DNA of 64,000 nt from an uncultured delta proteobacterium (GCA_963716725.1 CAVQUB010000003.1:128001-192000), one strand, 5' to 3'; positions 30,692 through 40,940 are shown, counted from the first letter of the stretch. Numbers and translations are program-made. Notes: generated by a model from the sequence alone, not told the origin.

Positions 30692-32425
30692 CTATTTGCA
30701 GCTCGACCCGTTGAGGGAGTTGCCCAGCGCCGGGCTGTCGGCGCCCATCGCCCGGGCCGACGCGATGATCGCCTTGGCCTGCGGACACTTGCCGTTGAGC
30801 GCGGCTGACCGCGCCGCGGACGGGGCCTTGTTTCGCGCCGTCTGCGAGCATTGCGCCTTCTTTCCCGCGTCGGTGCACTTCGAGTACGCCGCCGACGCCC
30901 CGGGGATGTTCCCGCCCTGGGCCGCGCTGATGCAGCTGTCGCAGGCCTTGGCCGGGTCGATGCCGGGCTTCTGCGTGGAGGTCGGCTGGGACGTGGTGGT
31001 CGGTTTGGTCGTGGGATCCGGCGGGGTGTCGGCCGAGGCCGTCGTGGGCGCGGTCGGGTCGCCGCCGGCCACGGTCGTCCCGGTTGCGGGACCCACGGGT
31101 CCGACCGTCGCCGCCCCCGTTGAACTGCCGAAGGGATTGGTGAGCGGCTGGTCCGTGCCGTCGTCCTTGTTCATGCTCTTCACCGCGACCACGACGATCG
31201 CAAGCAGCAAGATCCCTCCAACGCCGACGAGCGCGAAGATGAGCCCCTTGCCGCCACCACCCCCGCCTCGGGCCTGGGCGGGCGCGGGCGGAACGTGCAC
31301 GGGCATGGCAGGCGCTGGCCTGGGTGCGGCCATCGGCGCCGGCGCCATCGGCTGAGGCGGAGACATGGGCGCCGGGGCGACCGCGCCGAAGTCGGGAACG
31401 GCCGCCATGGCAGCCGTGCCTTGAACCTGTAGCTGCTCGCGCGGCGGATCTTCGGACACGGTGATGCCGCCCCCGTGGGACAGCTCCGAGAAGAACTCCT
31501 TCGCGGTCTCTTGCCGTTCTTCGCGGTCCTTCGACAGCGCCCGCAAGATGGCCTTGCGCATGTGGTCCGAAATAGCGGTCGACGGCGCCGTGACCTCGAA
31601 GGGCAGCGGCTGCGCGGTCATGTGCTGGGTCGCCCACTGCCACGGGGTGTCCGCCTCGAAGGGCAGCTTCCCGGTGAGCATCTCGTAGGTCAGCACGCCC
31701 AGCGAGTAGATGTCGCTCCGCGCGTCCAGGGCCTTTCCGGTGAACTGCTCGGGGCTCATGTACGGCGGCGTGCCGAGCACCATGCCCTGCTGGGTCAGCT
31801 TCTGTTCCTTCTGGGAGTCCGCCGACTCGCTCCGGGCGGCGATGCCGAAGTCGAGCACCTTCACGAAATCCACCTCGCCAGCGCGATCGGTGAGGATCAG
31901 GTTCTCGGGCTTCAAGTCGCGGTGGATGATGCCCTGCTTGTGCGCCTCGTCGAGCGCGCCGCAGACCTGCTTCATGATCTTGAGCACGCGCTCGGGGATC
32001 ATCGGCCCACCGTTCTCGATGATCTCGTTCAGGGGACTGCCCTTCACGAACTCCATCGCAATGTAGAGGGTGCCGTCGGCGGTCGCCCCGAAGTCGAAGA
32101 ACTTGATGGTGTTCGGGTGCTCGAGCTGGGCCACCGTGCCGCACTCGCGGTGGAATCGCGCAAGCACGGAGGGGTCCTTCGAGAGGTGCTGGTGCAGGGT
32201 CTTGATGGCGACCTGGCGGATGGTCGATCCCATCTGCTGCTCGCCCACGTAGACGATGCCCATGCCGCCTTCGCCGAGCACGCCGGTCACCCGGTAGCGC
32301 CCGCCGATGACCTGGCCGATCAGCTGATCCTCGGCCCCCTCGTCGTGGGTCGGGAGCAGCCCCCCGCATTTGGCGCAAAACCGCGCACCATCGATGTTCG
32401 CGTGGCCGCAGCTCTCGCAATTCAT
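30692..32425 (-). CDS. Membrane Ser/Thr protein kinase with N-terminal zinc ribbon
   Basis: GEGGMG, VAIK, HRDLKPEN, DFG, GTPPYMSPEQ, one transmembrane helix. Confidence 0.95.
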   Translation of the reverse strand: MNCESCGHANIDGARFCAKCGGLLPTHDEGAEDQLIGQVIGGRYRVTGVLGEGGMGIVYVGEQQMGSTIRQVAIKTLHQHLSKDPSVLARFHRECGTVAQLEHPNTIKFFDFGATADGTLYIAMEFVKGSPLNEIIENGGPMIPERVLKIMKQVCGALDEAHKQGIIHRDLKPENLILTDRAGEVDFVKVLDFGIAARSESADSQKEQKLTQQGMVLGTPPYMSPEQFTGKALDARSDIYSLGVLTYEMLTGKLPFEADTPWQWATQHMTAQPLPFEVTAPSTAISDHMRKAILRALSKDREERQETAKEFFSELSHGGGITVSEDPPREQLQVQGTAAMAAVPDFGAVAPAPMSPPQPMAPAPMAAPRPAPAMPVHVPPAPAQARGGGGGGKGLIFALVGVGGILLLAIVVVAVKSMNKDDGTDQPLTNPFGSSTGAATVGPVGPATGTTVAGGDPTAPTTASADTPPDPTTKPTTTSQPTSTQKPGIDPAKACDSCISAAQGGNIPGASAAYSKCTDAGKKAQCSQTARNKAPSAARSAALNGKCPQAKAIIASARAMGADSPALGNSLNGSSCK

Positions 32426-32473
32426 GGCGTGTGAGCGTCGCACGAAGCGGGCCCCGGACGCCACAATCAGAGA

Positions 32474-33163
32474 TCAGTCGGCGATAGCGCCGTCCCCAGC
32501 CGGGTTCGGGGCCGCGTTCGCGTCGGCGAGCGCACCAGCGTCGCGGGGCAGCTCGGCGATGTGAGGGCCCAGCGGGGCGTCTGGCGGCCACGGCAGGTCC
32601 TCTCGGCTGCCCAGGGCGCGATCGACGAGCAGTGCGCGGGTGGCACGGGCGCTGGCCGGGACCAGCACTTCGAGCGACGCCACCACTCCGTCTGCGAAGT
32701 TGGGCGGCTCGTGGAGCGGGTGCGCCTTCTTCTTCCTGGGGTCTTCGGCGGCGACCAAGGGGAAGTCGAAGCGCACGCGTTCGATCAACTCACGGCCCAA
32801 CCACAGCTCGATGGCAAAGCGGCCCATCTTGCGGACCGCGGGAACCGGGTGCTTGAAGCGAACTGCGCGCACACTCGCGACGCGCACCCGCCCTTTTTCA
32901 TAGATGACCTGGTACTGGAAGTGGCGGGCCTCCTTCAGCGCTTCGGGATCCGGAAGTGAACCCGGGCCGGGGTCCCGCGACGCTGCTCCGATCAGCTGAC
33001 GTGCGTCGCTCGCGCCGTCCGTGACGCCCGCATCTTGGTCGCTGCCTTCGGCGATGCGAGTGGGCATCGACAGCGCGGGGCCTTGGGCGGATCCCTCGAA
33101 GCGCGCGCCGGAACAGGCGACCGCGACCGCGCCCGCGACGCCGACGACTCGGAGCATTCGCAT
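32474..33163 (-). CDS. Hypothetical lipoprotein
   Basis: Lipobox AVAC; sits in a minus-strand gene run. Confidence 0.6.
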   Translation of the reverse strand: MRMLRVVGVAGAVAVACSGARFEGSAQGPALSMPTRIAEGSDQDAGVTDGASDARQLIGAASRDPGPGSLPDPEALKEARHFQYQVIYEKGRVRVASVRAVRFKHPVPAVRKMGRFAIELWLGRELIERVRFDFPLVAAEDPRKKKAHPLHEPPNFADGVVASLEVLVPASARATRALLVDRALGSREDLPWPPDAPLGPHIAELPRDAGALADANAAPNPAGDGAIAD

Positions 33164-33208
33164 CGCGCGCAGCCATAGCGCATCGGCACGCGCCGCGCGA
33201 CGGCAACC

Positions 33209-34078
33209 TCAACCCATGCTCGCCGCCCGCTCGAGATCATCCGCGGCGCCGCCCAGGGCGCACCAGACCTCGACCATGTCCGAGGCCGCCGGCGCCAGCA
33301 GCGTCCCCCACGGAAGCGCGACCCGAGCGGCATGCAGCATGATGCGCGGCACAGCGATCACTCCGCCGTCCGCGCGGGTCACCCGACGCGTTCCCCCGTG
33401 GGCGCGGTCGCCGAGCAGCGGCCGAAAGTGATGGCGAAGCTGGTGCTTCCGACCGGTCACGGGATCGAGGGCCAGGAGCACCGGGCTCAGCGTCCCGCCC
33501 CCGGAGTGCCGGTGGGGGCCCGCCTTCGCGACGACCGCGAAGCTCGTCTCGGCGCTTCGGCCGTCCACCGGCATGGCGATGGTCCCCCGCGCCGCCGGAG
33601 GCGCGCACTCTGCGATGGCGACGTAGCGTCGCGCGATGGAGCCCGCTTCGCGCAGCGCGGCCCCGCGCTGTCGGGCCTCGCGACCCTCGGCGAGAAGCAC
33701 CAACCCGCTCACGCCCACGTCGAGCCGTGACACGGCGTGGACCTGCGGCACGGAGATCAACTCGGCGACTTGTCGCGTCAGGCTCTGGTGCCCGGCCCGA
33801 TCGGGCTCGGTGGGCAAGAGCGCGGGCTTGTACGCGACGACGAAACCTGCGTCGCGGGCCACGATCCACGCCCGGTCGTCGCCCTTCCGGGCAGCGTGGA
33901 CCTCGACGCGTTCTCCGACCGCGAGCATCAGGTTCGCGTCGTCCGCGCGGGCGCGGCTGACCCACACCCGACCCTCGGCGAGGGCGGAGGCCGCTTCTAC
34001 GCCCAGCGCTTCGATCACGGCCCCGAGAGTGCGGGGGCCGTCTCGCTGCACCTGCCACACGCGGAGGTCGCGGCTCAT
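33209..34078 (-). CDS. RluA-family RNA pseudouridine synthase
   Basis: YKPA, SRLDVGVSG, TGRKHQLR, LGD, MLHA. Confidence 0.85.
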   Translation of the reverse strand: MSRDLRVWQVQRDGPRTLGAVIEALGVEAASALAEGRVWVSRARADDANLMLAVGERVEVHAARKGDDRAWIVARDAGFVVAYKPALLPTEPDRAGHQSLTRQVAELISVPQVHAVSRLDVGVSGLVLLAEGREARQRGAALREAGSIARRYVAIAECAPPAARGTIAMPVDGRSAETSFAVVAKAGPHRHSGGGTLSPVLLALDPVTGRKHQLRHHFRPLLGDRAHGGTRRVTRADGGVIAVPRIMLHAARVALPWGTLLAPAASDMVEVWCALGGAADDLERAASMG

Positions 34079-36678
34079 GCGTCCAAACGCTCGACCTCGC
34101 CGCGATCGCCGTCGACCCGAACCCGCTCGCCGTCCCGCAGCGTGGTGCTGGCCCCGAGCACGCCGAAGACCGCCGGCATTCCGATCTCGCGCGCCATCAC
34201 CGCTGCGTGCGAGAGCGAGCTGCCAACATCGGCCACCATGGCAGCGCTCCAGAAGAAGAGCGGAGCCAGGCCGACGTCTGGGGTTCGCACGACCACGACG
34301 TCCCCCGGCTCGACACGCTCGGCGCCGCGCGCCTCGGCATCCACGAGCCGCACGCGTCCGGTGACCACGCCCCCGCTGGCCCGCGCGCCGGTGGAGCGAC
34401 GCGAGTCGAAGGGCAGCGGCGCCACCCGGGGCGGTGTGCCGATGAAGGTGTCGGGAGGATCCGCATGCTCGAGCCCGCGCCGGTGGGCGGCGATTCGCAT
34501 GCGAACCATCGGCCCGAGATCGGCGCGAGTGCGCCCGGTGGCGCTGAGTAACTCCTGGTGGCTCAAGTAAAACGCGCCGCCCGGCGAGAGTTCGGCATCG
34601 AGGCGGCGCAGTCGGCGATCGACGTCGAGGGTGACGCTTCGAGTCATGGCGATGGTGCGCGCCATCCACACCCGCATGCGTTCGCGCAGGCGGGACAGCG
34701 AACGAGCGCGCCCGACGAGCGCGCGGATCAGCGCCATTTCCAACACGCCCGCCCGCGACTCGATGGTCGCGAGCTCCTGATCCGCGGCGACACGCACTCG
34801 ACTCAGCACGAGCTCGGGATCGCCGGGCGCCGCCACCAGCCCCGCTCGCAGCATGCGAAACACGGGCCGCGGATCCTCGCCGAACCTCGGGCACATGGCT
34901 TCGACCTCGCCGAGCCCGCGATCGCCAAACGCCTCGAGCCAACCCGACAACGCCCGGCGACCGGCGCCCTCCGGGAGGTCGGCCAGCGACGCGGCTTCCG
35001 CCAGCGCCGCCGCGCCTGCTGCGTCGGTTCGGAACAGCTCCGTGACGTGCGCCAGCGCCACCGCCGGACGCGCGCTCTCGAGCTCGGCGAGGCCGCTCGT
35101 GAGTGAGTAGGCGAGCCTCGACGCGGCGTCGGGTACGAGCCTCGACAGCGCGGCCTGCAGCGCGAGGTGTGAGGCCAGCGCGACGACCGAGCACGAGAGC
35201 AACATGCGCCCGGTGGCTTCGAGAAAGCCATGGGACTCCCGCAGGGTCGTGACCAGCGAATCGTCGGGCAAGATCGCGAGATCCATCTCCGCCAACCAAC
35301 GTCGGTGCTGATCGGCATCGCGCTCGAACTTGAGGTGCGCGTCGGAGAGTCGGCGTTCTTGCAGCGCCAATCGCGCGGCTGCCACCGAGAGCGCGGGCAG
35401 GGAGCCGCCCCGACGGCGCACGACGAGCGCTCGCGCGACCTCCGCCTTGTCTGCCCCGCGCAACAGCTCGATCACCACCGCAGGCTCGATGCCCGGGACT
35501 CCGGAGAGCGCGGGCACCATGGCAGACACGTTCAAGTAGTGTCGCCCGTGGACGTTGGCGACCAGCGTCTCCTCGCGATCGAGCTCCGCGCCGAGATCTG
35601 CGAGGGTCGATCGCAGACTTGACTCGACGAAGTCCTCGACCAACGACCCCGAGAGCGGAGTGGGCACGCCTGGCAACAGGTCCGCGAGCCCCGTCCGCGA
35701 CCACACCGTGTCGTGCCGGCCGTTCTGAGGGAAGCCCGCTCCGCCGGATGAGCGCGCCGCAACCACGCGCGGCGAATCGTCTTCGAAGAACGCGAGTTCG
35801 ATCTCTTCGACGCGCGAAGGGTCGAGCTTCTTCCACACGGCGCTGCACTCGCGCATCGCGGCGTCCGAGAGCGCAGGCAGGTCCGGAGCGTCCGACGCAA
35901 CGATGACTGAGCCGCCTTCGTTGACCACGAGCGCGCGGGGTTTGTACGCCACGCGTCGGGCCAGCGCGCTGCCATCCGCAGCGACTCGCACGAAGTCCCG
36001 CGCCTTCGCTCCGTCCTGCGCGGGCAATCCGAGGCCATGCTCGGCCGCGACCAAGAACGACGCGTCGCCGGCCGAGCCCTGCCGCTCTCGGCTGAGCAAC
36101 ACCGCGCTGGCACGTACCGGGCGCAGGCGTTGGATGATCACCGCCATCGCGACGTCGCGCAGCTTCAGGTCACGCAGGCGTGTCAGGACGTCTTCTTCAA
36201 CCGCCGCCGACCAGACCCAGGCGATGGCGCGCTCCAGCGCCGGCGCGTCCCGGAGCCCGTGGCAAACCCGGTCGAGCCCGGCGACGGCCGCGACGCTCGG
36301 GTCGGAGAGCGTCGCGCTCGACCGCACCGACAGCCCCCAGTCCTCCGGCTCGAGCCCCGCGCAGAGCGCGCTCAACTCCTCGCGCAACGCCTCCGAGAGC
36401 GGCGTGTCGAGCAAGCGCTCGCGGGCCCGCGCGGCCTTCTCGCGACCGCTGGGTTTGTGGATCCCGCGCAGCAGCGACGCCGGGTCATGCCCGGGCGGCA
36501 GATCTGCGGCGACGGCGTCACGGAACGCGACCGCGTCGACGAGCCAGCTCTCGATCACCGGCAGCCCGTGACGCTGCGCCTCCACCAGGGCCGCGCCCGC
36601 CGCGCCAAAGTCGGCGACGCGCCCGCCGCCGACCGCGGCTTCGAGCAACGTGTACATCCGACTTGCGGGGCGGCTCAT
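34075..36678 (-). CDS. PEP-utilizing enzyme (PPDK-N plus His-swivel; rifampin phosphotransferase-like architecture)
   Basis: VRSSA, MAVIIQ, SHAAVMAREIGMPAV, VRVDG..G. Confidence 0.8.
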   Translation of the reverse strand: MSRPASRMYTLLEAAVGGGRVADFGAAGAALVEAQRHGLPVIESWLVDAVAFRDAVAADLPPGHDPASLLRGIHKPSGREKAARARERLLDTPLSEALREELSALCAGLEPEDWGLSVRSSATLSDPSVAAVAGLDRVCHGLRDAPALERAIAWVWSAAVEEDVLTRLRDLKLRDVAMAVIIQRLRPVRASAVLLSRERQGSAGDASFLVAAEHGLGLPAQDGAKARDFVRVAADGSALARRVAYKPRALVVNEGGSVIVASDAPDLPALSDAAMRECSAVWKKLDPSRVEEIELAFFEDDSPRVVAARSSGGAGFPQNGRHDTVWSRTGLADLLPGVPTPLSGSLVEDFVESSLRSTLADLGAELDREETLVANVHGRHYLNVSAMVPALSGVPGIEPAVVIELLRGADKAEVARALVVRRRGGSLPALSVAAARLALQERRLSDAHLKFERDADQHRRWLAEMDLAILPDDSLVTTLRESHGFLEATGRMLLSCSVVALASHLALQAALSRLVPDAASRLAYSLTSGLAELESARPAVALAHVTELFRTDAAGAAALAEAASLADLPEGAGRRALSGWLEAFGDRGLGEVEAMCPRFGEDPRPVFRMLRAGLVAAPGDPELVLSRVRVAADQELATIESRAGVLEMALIRALVGRARSLSRLRERMRVWMARTIAMTRSVTLDVDRRLRRLDAELSPGGAFYLSHQELLSATGRTRADLGPMVRMRIAAHRRGLEHADPPDTFIGTPPRVAPLPFDSRRSTGARASGGVVTGRVRLVDAEARGAERVEPGDVVVVRTPDVGLAPLFFWSAAMVADVGSSLSHAAVMAREIGMPAVFGVLGASTTLRDGERVRVDGDRGEVERLDA

Positions 36679-36696
36679 GGCCCGATCGGCAATACC

Positions 36697-37047
36697 TCAG
36701 CCTTGGGTCGGCAGCGAGCCCGTGCTTCGACGCACCAGCTCCGTCAACACGGGATCAGTGCGGAGCTGCTCGCGCAGCGTGCTCTTCACGAACTCGAGCT
36801 GAGCGCCGCTGAGGCGGCCTTCGAAGTGCGCGGTGGCGTTCTCGACTTTGGAGTCCAGGTATTGGTCGACGTTGATTTCACCCCGCTCGAGCCGCGCGAG
36901 CGCGTCCGAGCCTTGGGCCTGTTCGACGCCGGCGGCGCGCTCGACCTTGAACCCTTCGTCGACCGGCGCCGCTCCGCCTGGAGAAACGCCCCCCGCCGGT
37001 CCGAGACCGCCGGGGGAAGGAGGCTTGCCAATTGAGTCGATGCCCAT
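36697..37047 (-). CDS. Hypothetical protein
   Basis: Low-complexity N-terminus, helical C-terminus; co-oriented with the 37057 gene. Confidence 0.65.
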   Translation of the reverse strand: MGIDSIGKPPSPGGLGPAGGVSPGGAAPVDEGFKVERAAGVEQAQGSDALARLERGEINVDQYLDSKVENATAHFEGRLSGAQLEFVKSTLREQLRTDPVLTELVRRSTGSLPTQG

Positions 37048-37056
37048 GGGATGCGC

Positions 37057-37515
37057 CTAACGAATGTTGCCGATGGCGTTCTTGACCGTGTCGTGCCGAC
37101 TCTTGAGCACGTTCGAGAGCGTGGTGTACGCGCGGCTCTCCGCGCTGATGCGCTCCTGAAGACCGAGATAGTACAGGTTCATGTCGGCGTTCTTCGTCAG
37201 CATATCGTCCATGCTGCCGCCCGACGACCCTTCGACGCCGCCGCCGCCTGCCGCGGAGGCCGCGGTGCCGGCTGAACCCTCGGGCCGAGTGGCGTCGTAG
37301 CCGGGTCCGACCCCTGGTCCCGAGCGGAACGCGGCGGCCAGGACCGGTCCCCCAGGCAGGCGCCGGACCGCAGCCTCGGCGCCGCCCACGACGGCGCTGG
37401 CGCCGGCTTCCATGACCTGTTTGAAGGGACGAGCGGGCGCGGGCGTGACGCGCGCGGCGCTCGGACTCGAAGAAACTGCGGTGGCGGGGCCGCCGTGGTC
37501 GACGCGGGTGCTCAT
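37057..37515 (-). CDS. Hypothetical protein with helical-hairpin C-terminus (secretion-substrate or needle-like)
   Basis: Strong AAGGAG RBS; ends YLGLQERISAESRAYTTLSNVLKSRHDTVKNAIGNIR. Confidence 0.7.
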   Translation of the reverse strand: MSTRVDHGGPATAVSSSPSAARVTPAPARPFKQVMEAGASAVVGGAEAAVRRLPGGPVLAAAFRSGPGVGPGYDATRPEGSAGTAASAAGGGGVEGSSGGSMDDMLTKNADMNLYYLGLQERISAESRAYTTLSNVLKSRHDTVKNAIGNIR

Positions 37516-37584
37516 GAATGTACTCCTTGAAAACGAGTTCGAGCACTCCTTCGGCCACCGGGTCCCGGAGGTTGCGACTTTTTT

Positions 37585-38277
37585 TCAGAAGCTGCCGACA
37601 AGGCCGAGCCCGCGCGCGCGACCGATGCTCATGGGGATGACCCGGAGGGACGTCTGCTTGCGCACCAGGACCTGCCTTTTTGCCGTCATTCCCACGGCAA
37701 ACACGATGCCCCCGGCCGCCTGCATCAGGCCGTCCATCACCAAGACGGTCGAGATCAGGACGTCTCCGGCGCACTCCAAGTCGGGGTCGTCTTGTGGGTC
37801 ACGCCGCTCGCAGGCGTCGTCGCGGGTGGCCAGGGTGAGAAAGGGGCCGAGGCCAGGCACCACGAGCCAGTAGCTCTTGTTCTCGAAGCCGGAGGCAGCG
37901 GCGATGTGCAGGCCCAGCACGTAGGGCACACCCAGCACGATGGCGCCGGAAATGACCGCGCCCTTGCGCACCCGCTCCTCGAGCTCGTACCCGGGTGGAA
38001 TGGGCTTCTCGGGATCGTAGGGCATCTCGGCCGGGAGCGGCCGCGCGACGGGCGCGTACCAGTAGGGATAGGGCTGCGGCTGAGGCGGGTAAGCGTAAGG
38101 GTAGGGCTGCGGCTGAGGCGGGTAAGCGTAGGGGTACGGTTGCGGCTGAGGGTACGGGACCGGCGCCGGGGGTGGACCTGCGGGCGCGGCTGTCGGGGCG
38201 GGCGCGGGCGTTTGCGCCAACGCGGCCGGCGCGAAGGTGAGCGCGAGCGTGAGCGCGAGCGCAAACCGACCTGTCAT
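37585..38277 (-). CDS. Exported or membrane protein with Pro/Tyr repeats
   Basis: Signal peptide; (PPQPQPYPYAY) 33-bp repeats; hydrophobic segments; C-terminal GSF. Confidence 0.65.
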   Translation of the reverse strand: MTGRFALALTLALTFAPAALAQTPAPAPTAAPAGPPPAPVPYPQPQPYPYAYPPQPQPYPYAYPPQPQPYPYWYAPVARPLPAEMPYDPEKPIPPGYELEERVRKGAVISGAIVLGVPYVLGLHIAAASGFENKSYWLVVPGLGPFLTLATRDDACERRDPQDDPDLECAGDVLISTVLVMDGLMQAAGGIVFAVGMTAKRQVLVRKQTSLRVIPMSIGRARGLGLVGSF

Positions 38278-38289
38278 CCGCGCACGATA

Positions 38290-39276
38290 TCAGATCCCGA
38301 ACCACTCGGCCGGATCCAGCGCTTCGGTGCTCTTGCGGAGTTCGAAGTAGAGCAGCGCGCCTTGTCCCATGTCGCCGACCGATCCGAGTCGCGCGCCGGT
38401 CGTCACATCGTCGCCGACCTTGACCGCGATCTCGGCGAGGTTCGCGCTGACACTGTAGTAGCGCTCGCCGTGATCGAGGATCACCGTCTTGCCGTAGCCC
38501 GAGTAGTCGTCAGCGAAGGCGACCCTCCCTGGGTACACCGAGCGCACCGGCGTGCCGCGGGGTGCGCGCATCTCGATGCCGGGCCCGTCGCTGCCCGGGC
38601 GTCGCGCGCTCTTCAGCTCCGCGCGCCCCGGGATCGGGAAGGGCAGTCGTCCCTTCATGCTGCCAAAGCCGCTGGCCAGATCCGCAGGATCGGCGGGGCC
38701 GACGCCGGCACCGGCGCCGTACACCGCCGTCGGCGCCCCAACCCCGTTGGACTCGAAGGCGCGCTGGAAAGCCAAGGCTCGATCTTGAGCCTCGAGCAGC
38801 GCGTCCCGAGCCGACGCGAGCGCGCGCTGCTGCACCTCGAGCGGACCGCGTTTGACCTTCAGCTTTTCGAGTTGCTTGCCGATGGCAATGCGGCGCTCCG
38901 CGATGCGACGCTCGCTCTCGAGGTCACGCCCGAGCGCTCGGCGCGTGCGTTCGACCTTGGCCGCATGGTCCACCAAGGCCTCGAAGCCGCTGCCGACCGG
39001 CAATAGCCCCGCCCGCGCCATGCGCACGTAGGCGCGACCCCGCGCGATGGTGCGCACGTGTGCCCCCTCGGACTCCCTGCCGAGTTGGCCCAGCTCCTTC
39101 TTGAGCTCGCGCTCGTGGCGGTCGATCTCGTCGATGGCGCGGTCCACCTCGCTCACCGGGCTTGGCAACGAGGCCACCGGCGCTGGTGGCGGCGTGTCGT
39201 CGGTGGGATCGACACCGGGCAGCGCCGCGGCGATCGACGCTCCGAAAAGGATGATGCTGAGGGCGGCTCGCTTCAC
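38290..39276 (-). CDS. envC: Murein hydrolase activator, coiled coil plus degenerate M23 domain
   Basis: YGKTVILDHG, LYFELR, DPAEW; downstream of ftsEX. Confidence 0.8.
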   Translation of the reverse strand: MKRAALSIILFGASIAAALPGVDPTDDTPPPAPVASLPSPVSEVDRAIDEIDRHERELKKELGQLGRESEGAHVRTIARGRAYVRMARAGLLPVGSGFEALVDHAAKVERTRRALGRDLESERRIAERRIAIGKQLEKLKVKRGPLEVQQRALASARDALLEAQDRALAFQRAFESNGVGAPTAVYGAGAGVGPADPADLASGFGSMKGRLPFPIPGRAELKSARRPGSDGPGIEMRAPRGTPVRSVYPGRVAFADDYSGYGKTVILDHGERYYSVSANLAEIAVKVGDDVTTGARLGSVGDMGQGALLYFELRKSTEALDPAEWFGI

Positions 39277-39277
39277 T

Positions 39278-40147
39278 TCACACCAAGAGCAGCCGGCGCA
39301 GGCTGCCGTAGGCCGCAGCAGCCCCCAGCAGGCCGCCGAGCGCGATCATGCCCAGGCACACGAACCAGGGCAGAAAGGTCGGCGCCATGCCGAACATGAT
39401 CCCGAGTTCGCTGTCGAAGTTTCCACGCACGATGGCGTAGAGCACGCCCAAGAGCGCCAACGCGAGCACCGCGCCGATGCCGCCTTGGGCGGCGCCCTCG
39501 AGCACGAAAGGGCGCCTCACGTAGGAGTCGGTCGCGCCCACCAGCTTGAGGATCTCGACCTCGATCCGACGGCGCTGCAGCGCCAGGCGGATCGTCGACG
39601 AGACCACGCTCACCACGGCTCCGAGCACCACCAGCGCCAACACGATGGACGCCGTCACTCCGCCTCGCAGCAGGGTGCCCAGGCGTTCGCTCCACGACTG
39701 ATAGGTCTCGACCGACTCGACGGCGGGCAAGGCCTGGAGCTGCGACGCGAGCTTGCCCAAGCGCTCGACCGCGGCCTCGTCGGCCACGCGAACCTCGAGC
39801 GACGCCGGGAAGGCCTCCGGAGGCAGCGCGCCGAGCACGTCGTCGTTCTTCTGAGCGGTGACCTCGCGCCGCGCATCGTCACTGGTGACGTGCCGGACAT
39901 CGGTAACGCCCGGGGTCTGGCGCAGCGCCTTCTGGATCTGCTCGATTTGTTCGGCAGTGGCGTCGGCCCTCAAGAACACGCTGGCACGACCCGTCGCGGC
40001 CCAGCGCGCCCGAACGCCGTGCACATTGACCACCACCAACATGGCGGAGGCCAAGCACACGAAGGCCACGGCCACGCTGAAGATACTGAGCAGATGCAGA
40101 CGCCAGTCGTTGCGAGTGCCTCTCCAAGCTCGTTCGATGGGGGTCAT
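39278..40147 (-). CDS. ftsX: Cell division permease
   Basis: RRIEVEILKLVGATDSYVRRPFVLEG. Confidence 0.9.
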   Translation of the reverse strand: MTPIERAWRGTRNDWRLHLLSIFSVAVAFVCLASAMLVVVNVHGVRARWAATGRASVFLRADATAEQIEQIQKALRQTPGVTDVRHVTSDDARREVTAQKNDDVLGALPPEAFPASLEVRVADEAAVERLGKLASQLQALPAVESVETYQSWSERLGTLLRGGVTASIVLALVVLGAVVSVVSSTIRLALQRRRIEVEILKLVGATDSYVRRPFVLEGAAQGGIGAVLALALLGVLYAIVRGNFDSELGIMFGMAPTFLPWFVCLGMIALGGLLGAAAAYGSLRRLLLV

Positions 40148-40151
40148 CCCG

Positions 40152-40940
40152 TCAGGCCACCTTTCGGCCGAAGCCCTCTGCAGCGTCGTCGAGCCCACCG
40201 GGCACGTCGATGGCCTTGCCCTCGTCGAGCACCACCACGCGTCGTGGTCGAACGTCGAGCAGCGTGCGATCGTGGGTGGCGAAGAGCACGGTCACGCCGG
40301 TCTCGTTGATGTCCTCGAAGAGCCCGAGGATGTCGATGGCCAGCTGGGGATCGAGATTGCCCGTAGGCTCGTCTGCCAGGACGAGCGCCGGTTCGCCCAC
40401 GATGGCGCGAGCGACGGCGACGCGCTGTTGCTCGCCACCGGAGAGCGTCGCGGCCCGGTCGGAGCCGCGTCCACCGAGGCCCACCCGCTCGAGCGCCTCA
40501 CCGACCCGCTGACGAATGATGCGGGGAGCGACGCCGAGCACCTCGAGGGGCAGCGCAACATTTTCCAACACGGTCCAGTTGGGCACGAGCTTGAAGTCCT
40601 GGAAGACCACGCCGATGTTGCGACGGAGGAAGGGAACCGAGTCGCCGGCCAGGCGCCCGACCTCGCGACCGAGAAAGAGGATTCGTCCGGAATCGACCTG
40701 CTCGGCGGCGTGCAGCATGCGCAGCAGCGTGCTCTTTCCGGCCCCGGACGGGCCCGTGATGAACACGAACTCGCCGCGCTGGATGTCCAGCGAGAGCCCC
40801 CGGAGCACCGGCGCGTCCACGCGGTAAGCCTTGTGAACGTCCTCGAACACCAATATCGGGCGCCGGGCGGCCAACGGGTCGAACCGGGTCGCGCCGCGCA
40901 ACGCGGGCTTGAAGGCGCGGGTCTTGGCCCCACTGTCCAT
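40152..40940 (-). CDS. ftsE: Cell division ATP-binding protein
   Basis: GPSGAGKST, VVFQDFKL, LSGGEQQRV, ADEPTGNLD. Confidence 0.93.
   Translation of the reverse strand: MDSGAKTRAFKPALRGATRFDPLAARRPILVFEDVHKAYRVDAPVLRGLSLDIQRGEFVFITGPSGAGKSTLLRMLHAAEQVDSGRILFLGREVGRLAGDSVPFLRRNIGVVFQDFKLVPNWTVLENVALPLEVLGVAPRIIRQRVGEALERVGLGGRGSDRAATLSGGEQQRVAVARAIVGEPALVLADEPTGNLDPQLAIDILGLFEDINETGVTVLFATHDRTLLDVRPRRVVVLDEGKAIDVPGGLDDAAEGFGRKVA

Noticed and set aside
33209..35848. 879-aa ORF suggesting a large RluA fusion
   Set aside because: The upstream part is an alternate frame of the PEP-utilizer gene; RluA starts at 34078.
38290..39276. M23 domain lacking zinc ligands
   Set aside because: Expected for EnvC downstream of ftsEX; not novel.
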